DNA from: Alkanindiges illinoisensis DSM 15370
Lineage (GTDB): Bacteria; Pseudomonadota; Gammaproteobacteria; Pseudomonadales; Moraxellaceae
DNA length: 32,000 nt
NCBI RefSeq assembly: GCF_000619845.1
Contig: NZ_JHUX01000012.1
Coordinates: 1-32,000, forward strand
Reading direction: 5' to 3'
Shown: positions 19,764-26,229 of the stretch, one piece after another
Layout: each line of letters begins with the position of its first letter
How positions within the stretch are numbered: the stretch's first letter is position 1
Program-made: the position numbers and the translations under genes
The notes under the pieces: model-generated
Database searches by the model: none
Seen by the model: only the letters and a program-made list of their open reading frames with translations
Told to the model about the DNA's origin: nothing

Positions 19764-20002
19764 AGAAGACTCCTGATTCATTTTAACGTGATTCACATCA
19801 CATATATTTACCTAAACAGTGAAGGATAATGCAAAATCTATCCTGAGGCTGTGGTCTAAGCTTAATCAGGTCAAAGGCTGGTTTTAAGTAACTTACTCGT
19901 AACCTGTGTTAACTTTTGATAGGGGTTTACATGACTTTGGGTGAAAAATGTATCTGTTATTCACCTTAAAGACGCTCTCTTTGTAAAAAAACTGGAATTT
20001 TT

Positions 20003-21019
20003 ATGCGATATCTCTCCTCCATTCAAAAAAAAATGCATTTGGTGCTCATGCTTGGATTTTTTTTGCTTGGATTTATACAGTTGGCTAGTGCCCAGGATTT
20101 TGCTGCTTGCCGCGACCAGTTTTACCGGGGCAGTACACCGGAACTTGAAAAAACTGCCCTAAAGCGTGCCAGTTATCCTTTATGTTTCAACGGGTTTGCT
20201 GTGCTGTATTCCGGGGTGTCCTATACCCCCTTGTGGTCTGCTGAGTACTTGACGCCACAGCGCTTGAAGCAGGCCAAAACCTTAAACCGCAAGAATGATT
20301 TTCATGAAGAAGAGCGGGTTCCGGATCGTTACCGTTCTTATCTATCGGATTATGCCCGTTCAGGCTATGACCGCGGCCATATGTCGCCCAATGGTGATAT
20401 GGCTACCCGTGCCCAGCAGCATGACAGTTTTTCGCTGGCCAACATGGTGCCGCAAAGCCCCAAGAACAATCAGGAGGTCTGGCGTAATCTGGAAGAAGCA
20501 ACCCGGGCACTGGTCAGCAAACAGCAAAAGTCAGCTTATGTGGTGACCGGGCCTGCATTTTTGAGCGGTGAGCTAAAACAGGTAGGTCGTGTACTGGTGC
20601 CCACGCATGTGTATAAGATGGTGTATTTTCCTGACCTTGGAATTGCCAGCGCCTATTTTGCACCCAACAATGAAAGTGGTGAAGTGAATGTGGTGTCTGT
20701 ACAAGAGCTTGAAGAGACAGTGGGCATTAATTTAGTGCCAGAAATGCCAGCAAGAATTAAGGTCAAGCGGATCATGTTGCCATTAAACGCCCAGCAAGCT
20801 GGCAAGAGTATTCAAAGCTGGGCCAACGGAACTAGCACTGGGCATACGAAATCCAGCGATGACGCAGGTACGTCCTATGATGGCTATTCAAATCATGGCA
20901 GCGCTGGCCACAGTACCAGCCATAAAAATAGTGAGCACTCTTGGATTAGTGCCATTATTGACATGATCAAACAGCAGTTGCTGGATTTGCTGGCGTCCTT
21001 ATTGCGTGGTAAAGGTTAA
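20003..21019 (+). CDS. Secreted DNA/RNA non-specific endonuclease (beta-beta-alpha-Me, Serratia NucA / EndoG family)
   Basis: Signal peptide ending LASA-QD. Catalytic motif SGYDRGHMSPNGD and downstream MVPQSPKNNQEVWRNLE, as in Serratia-type nucleases. A 67-aa non-catalytic tail follows. Confidence 0.88.
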   Translation: MRYLSSIQKKMHLVLMLGFFLLGFIQLASAQDFAACRDQFYRGSTPELEKTALKRASYPLCFNGFAVLYSGVSYTPLWSAEYLTPQRLKQAKTLNRKNDFHEEERVPDRYRSYLSDYARSGYDRGHMSPNGDMATRAQQHDSFSLANMVPQSPKNNQEVWRNLEEATRALVSKQQKSAYVVTGPAFLSGELKQVGRVLVPTHVYKMVYFPDLGIASAYFAPNNESGEVNVVSVQELEETVGINLVPEMPARIKVKRIMLPLNAQQAGKSIQSWANGTSTGHTKSSDDAGTSYDGYSNHGSAGHSTSHKNSEHSWISAIIDMIKQQLLDLLASLLRGKG

Positions 21020-21080
21020 AAGTTGCGTGGCAAGGGCTAAAACCAAATATATTTTTAATTAACTCAATTCAGGAGTGCAT

Positions 21081-21335
21081 ATGAGCTTTCAGGCCTTTAA
21101 AGACAACAGTGCCAGTATGGATATTGGCGGCTTAACCCTTGAGAATAATGAAGAACGGGTAAGCATTTATGGTAGCCTGAATATTGGGCGTGACCAGCAG
21201 GGCTTGCAGCAGGCCAGACAGTTACAAGGCATTTTAGCTGATATGGTCAGCTATCTGGAGCAGCAGGACTTGCCGGCTCAGATTGAAGCTTTTACCCCAA
21301 AAGCGGCCAAAAACCCATTTCTGGATAATGAATAG
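21081..21335 (+). CDS. Small acidic hypothetical protein (84 aa)
   Basis: AGGAG (21071-21075) lies 5 nt upstream of the ATG at 21081. There is no signal peptide. The stop overlaps the ychJ start by 8 nt. Confidence 0.55.
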   Translation: MSFQAFKDNSASMDIGGLTLENNEERVSIYGSLNIGRDQQGLQQARQLQGILADMVSYLEQQDLPAQIEAFTPKAAKNPFLDNE

Positions 21336-21810
21336 CATGTTGATGTGCCCTTGTGGTTTATCCCGACCCTATAGCCAGTGTTGTGAGCCTTTGCACACGC
21401 AGCGTCTGATAGCAGATTCGGCTGAGCAACTGATGCGCTCGCGTTATGCAGCCTTTGTGATGGGTGAGATTGACTATATTGTGCAAACCACAGTGCCAGC
21501 CCAGCAACACTTGCTGGATGTTAAGGCCATCACCGTATGGAGCCAGCAAAATCAGTGGCTGGGCTTGACCATTGTTTCCAGCCAGCCTGCAATCAAGCCG
21601 CAGCATGCCAAGGTTGAGTTTATTGCACGTTTTCAGGATCAGCAGGGTGAACAACAGCACCATGAACTCTCCAGCTTTGTGCAAGCTGGCTCGCGCTGGT
21701 ATTTTCTTGATCCAACTGTGCAGCCCATGCCTGCCTTAAAATCTGTCTGCTTGTGTGGCAGTGGGCAAAAATTCAAACGCTGCTGTGCACCCTTTTTAGG
21801 CCTAACCTAA
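21328..21810 (+). CDS. ychJ: YchJ-family (UPF0225) protein with N- and C-terminal SEC-C-type Cys motifs
   Basis: CPCG..YSQCC at the N-terminus, MRSRYAAFV, and CLCGSGQKFKRCC at the C-terminus, matching my recollection of E. coli YchJ. The start is ambiguous (ATG at 21328, 21337 or 21343). Confidence 0.85.
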   Translation: MNSMLMCPCGLSRPYSQCCEPLHTQRLIADSAEQLMRSRYAAFVMGEIDYIVQTTVPAQQHLLDVKAITVWSQQNQWLGLTIVSSQPAIKPQHAKVEFIARFQDQQGEQQHHELSSFVQAGSRWYFLDPTVQPMPALKSVCLCGSGQKFKRCCAPFLGLT

Positions 21811-21874
21811 TAAGAAATAAATTTTGGCTTAATTTGCTTAAGCTAAGTGTGCATGGATTTGCTCTGGGCTGCCC

Positions 21875-21902
21875 TTGCTATAGATTTACCGTGCGGTAGA
21901 AT
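21875..21902 (+). promoter_or_regulatory. Candidate sigma70 promoter for the UPF0126 gene
   Basis: TTGCTA (21875-21880), 16-nt spacer, TAGAAT (21897-21902), about 40 nt upstream of the ATG at 21944. Confidence 0.35.
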
Positions 21903-21943
21903 GGCCGCTTTTAATGAACTGCTCACTGCGCTGAGAGCCTGTC

Positions 21944-22561
21944 ATGCTGCTAACCATCATTTATATTATTGCCATTACGGCTGAAGCCATGACTGGGGCG
22001 CTGTCAGCTGGGCGGCGCAGCATGGACTGGTTTGGTGTGGTGCTAATTGCCTGCGTCACGGCATTGGGCGGTGGCTCGGTGCGTGATGTGTTGCTGGGGC
22101 ATTATCCGCTCACGTGGGTCAAGCACCCGGAGTATCTGGTTCTCACAGCGCTGGCGGCACTGTTTACCATTCTAGTGGCCAAATGGATGAAGCACTTACG
22201 TAACCTGTTTTTGGCACTGGACGCCTTGGGCCTGATTTGTTTTACCTTGATTGGCTGTCAGGTGGCGCTACAAATGCAGCACAGCTATGTAATTGCAGCC
22301 GTGAGCGGGGTTATTACCGGGGTGTTTGGCGGTATTTTGCGCGATACCTTATGTAATGATGTGCCACTGGTGTTCCGGCGTGAATTGTATGCCAGTGTGT
22401 CCTTTGTTAGTGCTTGGTGCTATTTGCTGTGTATTGAGTTGCATGTGCAGGCTGATATTAGTCTGATCATTACCCTGATTTTTGGCTTTGTGTTTCGGAT
22501 GCTGGCCATTCGCAATCACTGGGAAATGCCCAAGTTTATTTATCATGATGAGGCTGGATAA
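21944..22561 (+). CDS. UPF0126 / TRIC-type trimeric cation channel family membrane protein (YadS/YicG-like)
   Basis: 205 aa, roughly 7 TM segments, with duplicated Gly-rich motifs ALGGGSVRDVLLG and GVFGGILRDTLCN typical of the UPF0126 repeat. Confidence 0.85.
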   Translation: MLLTIIYIIAITAEAMTGALSAGRRSMDWFGVVLIACVTALGGGSVRDVLLGHYPLTWVKHPEYLVLTALAALFTILVAKWMKHLRNLFLALDALGLICFTLIGCQVALQMQHSYVIAAVSGVITGVFGGILRDTLCNDVPLVFRRELYASVSFVSAWCYLLCIELHVQADISLIITLIFGFVFRMLAIRNHWEMPKFIYHDEAG

Positions 22562-22747
22562 AGCGAAACACTGTTTCGCCCAGCCGCAAGACGAAAAGCT
22601 GTGCTTTGAGTGGGCACGGATAAAGCAAAGCATCGCTTTAAAGCTTTGCCCTAAGGGGCACTGCCCCGCAAGAGATGAAGAATATATTCTGCAAGTATTA
22701 TTTTTCTGGCCAGATAAAGCAAACTTAAGTAATGCTTTAAAGCTTTT
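22556..22747. promoter_or_regulatory. Cluster of related imperfect palindromes upstream of the czc operon
   Basis: GATAAAGC[G/A]AA occurs at 22557, 22619 and 22713. The 13-nt GCTTTAAAGCTTT, which contains the 10-bp palindrome GCTTTAAAGC, occurs at 22635-22647 and 22734-22746. GCGAAACA/TGTTTCGC and GGGGCA/TGCCCC palindromes are also present. Confidence 0.3.
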
Positions 22748-22759
22748 ATCAGGTCTGAA

Positions 22760-22788
22760 TTGACCTTGGCTATAAATGTTTATATGCT
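22760..22788 (+). promoter_or_regulatory. Candidate promoter abutting the first czc-cluster start codon
   Basis: TTGACC (22760-22765), 17-nt spacer, TATGCT (22783-22788). Only 6 nt separate the -10 element from the ATG at 22795, and there is no SD. Confidence 0.3.
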
Positions 22789-22794
22789 CGGCCC

Positions 22795-23247
22795 ATGAAA
22801 GTTTTTATTGTTGTGCTGATGGCAATATTGCTGCCCCTGCAAGCCGCATGGAGTGCAGCCGCTGTGTTTTGCCAGCATGAAAGTCGCACAACATGGCATT
22901 GGGGGCACCATCAACACAGTGTTGATGCCGCCTGCCAGCAAAGCAGCTTCAAGCACAGTGTGGATAATAAAAGCAGTAATGGCAAAGATAGTTCAGCGAT
23001 AAGCAAATTATTTGTCCAGCAAAACCAGAATCCTGATCTAAAAAAAAACACCAGTCCGCATACGTTTACACTGGTCAACCATAGTGACCATCTCACAGTA
23101 AACCAGCCCGGGCTAAATCCAAGCCCTCAAGTGGGATTAGTACAGCCAGCCATGCAGGAACATCAGGCTGTACGACTTTCTTTAAGCCCTGCCTTATACC
23201 AGTCGCCTGTGCTGGAACCGCCCAAACCCCCTTTATGGCCTGCCTGA
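22795..23247 (+). CDS. CzcI-like small periplasmic His-rich protein
   Basis: Signal peptide MKVFIVVLMAILLPLQAAWS-AA, then CQHESRTTWHWGHHQHSVD. It lies directly upstream of czcCBA, as czcI does in described czc clusters. The family assignment is from memory. Confidence 0.5.
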   Translation: MKVFIVVLMAILLPLQAAWSAAAVFCQHESRTTWHWGHHQHSVDAACQQSSFKHSVDNKSSNGKDSSAISKLFVQQNQNPDLKKNTSPHTFTLVNHSDHLTVNQPGLNPSPQVGLVQPAMQEHQAVRLSLSPALYQSPVLEPPKPPLWPA

Positions 23248-23359
23248 CTATAGGTGGGGTAGTCCTTTTCTATTGCGTCATGCGCCTTGCAGGTTAATAC
23301 CATAGCCCACAGGTGCCATGAATTTTGCCCACCGCTTTACTTTGGTTTAGGCAATTTTC

Positions 23360-24868
23360 ATGGAATTTTTATACAAATATCAACCAACTGGGTTGTCTCG
23401 TGCAATCGGCACGCTGCTTGTTGCAGGCAGTGTTGTAATGGGCAGCCATGCAGCGCCCACAGCTCAGCTTGCTATCCTTGATCATACAGTTGATTTTTCA
23501 AGCTTTGATCCAGCACGCAGTACACCAGCTTTAAACAGTCAAACTGTAAACCGCCCTTCTTCCAACAATCAGGGCTTAAGCCTGCAACAGGCACAGGATT
23601 TGGCATTGCAATCCCAGCCATTACAGCAGTTGTGGCAGCAACGTCGCTACATTGCCGAGGCAAATGTCCTGCAAAGTAATCAGTGGCGGAATCCACAACT
23701 GCTGCTTGAGCAAACCGGTTTTAAAAACACGCAGGAACGCGAGGCGAGTATTGCCCTTGCACAGCAACTGGATATTTTTGGGGAACGCAAAACCCGCCAG
23801 CAACTGGCAGGCCTGCAACTGGAGCAGGATAATATTAGCCGGATAACTGAGGAGGCTGAACTCAGGCTGGCTGTTGCCATAGCCTATTGGCAGTTGGCAC
23901 AAGCCGAGTGGACGCTAGAGCTGGCCAGTACCCAGCAGCAGTTAAGCCTGCAAGGTTTGATGGTGGCCAAAAAGCGCCTGCAAGCCGGACGCATTGCCGA
24001 AGTGGATTATCAGCGGATACACATTGCCCATCAGAATCAGGAACGCCAGTGGCAGGCTGCGCAAGCCCAGTGTACTTTGGCGCGCCAGCAGCTTGGCCAA
24101 TTTTGGGTAAATTCTGTAATGGCGCCAGTCCTAGGGAATATTCACACTGCTCAGCCCTTGCAGCTACCTACGCTTGAACTCGATAAGCTGCAAGCCAGCC
24201 TTGCGCAAAGTCCATTATGGCAGCGGCTTGGTTTACAACAACAGCAAGCCAGCACCAGCCTGAAACTGGCCAAAATTCAGGCCAGGCCTCAACCTACTGT
24301 TAGTGTGGGCTATGTGCAAACCCGTGAGCCAGCCACGCAGGACAATTCAAACCAGCAGCGGCTTGCACTGGGTTTGTCAATTCCCTTGCCGCTATTTCAG
24401 CAGAATCAGGGTGTCATCCAGGTTCAACAACAAGTGCAGCAGGTGAACCAGTTGCAGGCCAATGTGCAGCAACAGCACATTCAGCAGAAAATCCAGCAAC
24501 AGTGGCAGGCGCTACAAGCCATTCGCCAGCAGTATGAGATTGTGCACAACCAGCAATTGCCACTGTCACAGCAGGTTCAGCAAAAAACCTTAACCGGCTT
24601 TGAGGTGGGCAAGTTTTCAGTGCTGGAGGTGCAGCAGGCCAGCCGCGATTACCAGCAATTACAGGTAGAGCAACTGGATTTATTGCGTCAGGCGTGGCAG
24701 TTGAGTTTTCAGTTGCAGGCACTGAGTCTGGGCTTGGCTGATTTTGAGCTCAGCCGTTTTGAGCTAAATAACGAAAACTTTATCAATGATTTTAATCAGC
24801 AAATCAGTCAGTCGGCAGTAAATCTGGCGACTGATGCAATGGCTGGCCTCGGGATGAACGGAGAATAA
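23360..24868 (+). CDS. czcC: Outer-membrane factor of heavy-metal RND efflux system (CzcC / TolC family)
   Basis: 502 aa with a signal peptide. The repeated coiled-coil/OMF pattern (LSLQQAQDLALQSQP..., RLQAGRIAEVDYQR) is typical of CzcC-type OMFs. Extremely Gln-rich. Confidence 0.85.
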   Translation: MEFLYKYQPTGLSRAIGTLLVAGSVVMGSHAAPTAQLAILDHTVDFSSFDPARSTPALNSQTVNRPSSNNQGLSLQQAQDLALQSQPLQQLWQQRRYIAEANVLQSNQWRNPQLLLEQTGFKNTQEREASIALAQQLDIFGERKTRQQLAGLQLEQDNISRITEEAELRLAVAIAYWQLAQAEWTLELASTQQQLSLQGLMVAKKRLQAGRIAEVDYQRIHIAHQNQERQWQAAQAQCTLARQQLGQFWVNSVMAPVLGNIHTAQPLQLPTLELDKLQASLAQSPLWQRLGLQQQQASTSLKLAKIQARPQPTVSVGYVQTREPATQDNSNQQRLALGLSIPLPLFQQNQGVIQVQQQVQQVNQLQANVQQQHIQQKIQQQWQALQAIRQQYEIVHNQQLPLSQQVQQKTLTGFEVGKFSVLEVQQASRDYQQLQVEQLDLLRQAWQLSFQLQALSLGLADFELSRFELNNENFINDFNQQISQSAVNLATDAMAGLGMNGE

Positions 24869-24870
24869 CA

Positions 24871-26229
24871 ATGACAAATCCTGAAAAGTTCTCAAAATTT
24901 GCCTCCAACAAACGGCAATACTGGCTGATTGCTGCGGTAATTGTGCTGGGCAGTATACTGGCATTTTTTATCTTGCGGCCTGCTTCTTCGACAGTTCAAC
25001 ACGAACAGGGTGAAACTGCTGAGCAAGGCCATGCGGAAAGTGAACATCAGCATAACGATGCACATGCAGCCGGGCATGATGAAGATCAAGATGAAAACCA
25101 CGATGAAAATCATAAGACAGAAATCAGCTTAAGTCCTGCCCAGTTAGCAGCGCAACACATCACGCTGGATGTGGTAAAGACTGGCAGCATCACCGCCACC
25201 ACCCGTTTACCGGCACGATTGCTGGTGAATGCCGATCAGCAGGCGCATGTGTCCGCTGGTTTTGCTGGCCGGGTAGAACAGGTTTTTGTACAAACCGGAC
25301 AACAGGTGAAGGCAGGGCAGGCGCTGGCCAGTTTGCTGGTGCCAGAGCTAATTGACCTCCAAACCAATCTGCACGTGTTGCAAGCGCAATTGCAGCTGGC
25401 CAAAAGTACCTATACGCAGGAAAAGCAGTTATGGCAGCAGGGTATTTCAGCCAAGCAGGATTATTTGCAAGCGCAAAATGCCTATACCCAAGCCAATATT
25501 GCTGTGCAGGCTGCCCAGTCGCGCCTAAAAGCTTATGGCGCATCTACTTCCAGTCAGGGCCGTTTTACATTAAAAGCCCCGTTGAGTGGCGTGATCAGTG
25601 CCAAAGATCTGGTGGTGGGTGAAAGCATTCAGGCCAGTGAGCAACTGTTTGTGATTGATCAGCTCAATCAGTTGTGGCTGGAATTTGTGGTGCCGGATCA
25701 GCTCATCAATGCCATTAATCCTGATGAACGCCTGACCGTGGAAGTGAATGGTAGTGGTACACTGCAAACGTATCGCGCGCGGCTCATTAGCCTTGCCCCC
25801 AGCGCCGATGTGCAAACCGGACGCATGCTGGCGCGGGCCGTGCTGGATAATCCGCAGCAACAATTGCGCCCTAACATGCAGGTGGTGGTGCAGGTGCCGC
25901 AAGCTAGCAGCAATGCAACAGGATTAATGGTTCAAACCGCTGCCATCCAGCAAATTGACCAGCAGGATGTGGTGTTTGTCGCTAGTCGTAAAATGAGTAC
26001 AGATGGCAACGGTAAAGGCCAAGTGTCTAAAGATCAGGCGCATAAAGATCAGCTGCTTTTTGTGCCACGTCCGGTGCAACTGGGCCAAAAAAGCAATGAT
26101 CAGCAAAGTAATGACCAGCAATGGGTTGAAATCCGTGCTGGCCTGCAAGCCGGTGAGCAGTACGCCGCGCAAGGCAGCTTTATCCTGAAGTCCGAGCTGG
26201 AAAAAGGAGAGGCTGCGCATGAGCACTAA
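24871..26229 (+). CDS. czcB: Periplasmic adaptor (membrane fusion protein) CzcB
   Basis: GGAG SD. N-terminal TM segment, His/Asp/Glu-rich segment, then an HlyD/MFP core (APLSGVISAKDLVVGE, LWLEFVVPD). Coupled to the flanking genes. Confidence 0.9.
   Translation: MTNPEKFSKFASNKRQYWLIAAVIVLGSILAFFILRPASSTVQHEQGETAEQGHAESEHQHNDAHAAGHDEDQDENHDENHKTEISLSPAQLAAQHITLDVVKTGSITATTRLPARLLVNADQQAHVSAGFAGRVEQVFVQTGQQVKAGQALASLLVPELIDLQTNLHVLQAQLQLAKSTYTQEKQLWQQGISAKQDYLQAQNAYTQANIAVQAAQSRLKAYGASTSSQGRFTLKAPLSGVISAKDLVVGESIQASEQLFVIDQLNQLWLEFVVPDQLINAINPDERLTVEVNGSGTLQTYRARLISLAPSADVQTGRMLARAVLDNPQQQLRPNMQVVVQVPQASSNATGLMVQTAAIQQIDQQDVVFVASRKMSTDGNGKGQVSKDQAHKDQLLFVPRPVQLGQKSNDQQSNDQQWVEIRAGLQAGEQYAAQGSFILKSELEKGEAAHEH

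Noticed and set aside
19373-19776. Alternative-frame ORFs 19373-19591 (-) and 19561-19776 (+) within the S/T-rich gene
   Set aside because: They lack an SD and a signal sequence. They are open only because of the repetitive GC-rich codon composition of the S/T/A-rich frame.
19941-20162. 73-aa ORF overlapping the nuclease 5' end in another frame
   Set aside because: It starts with GTG and has no SD. The nuclease frame has clear homology and a signal peptide.
22482-22763. 93-aa ORF running from the UPF0126 gene 3' end through the palindromic intergenic region
   Set aside because: It overlaps the UPF0126 CDS out of frame. Its internal pseudo-repeats (LDKAKH, PDKANL) are just translations of the DNA repeats. 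No SD.
23287-23481. 64-aa TTG-start ORF between the CzcI-like gene and czcC
   Set aside because: It overlaps the czcC start out of frame, is Cys-rich nonsense, and has no SD.
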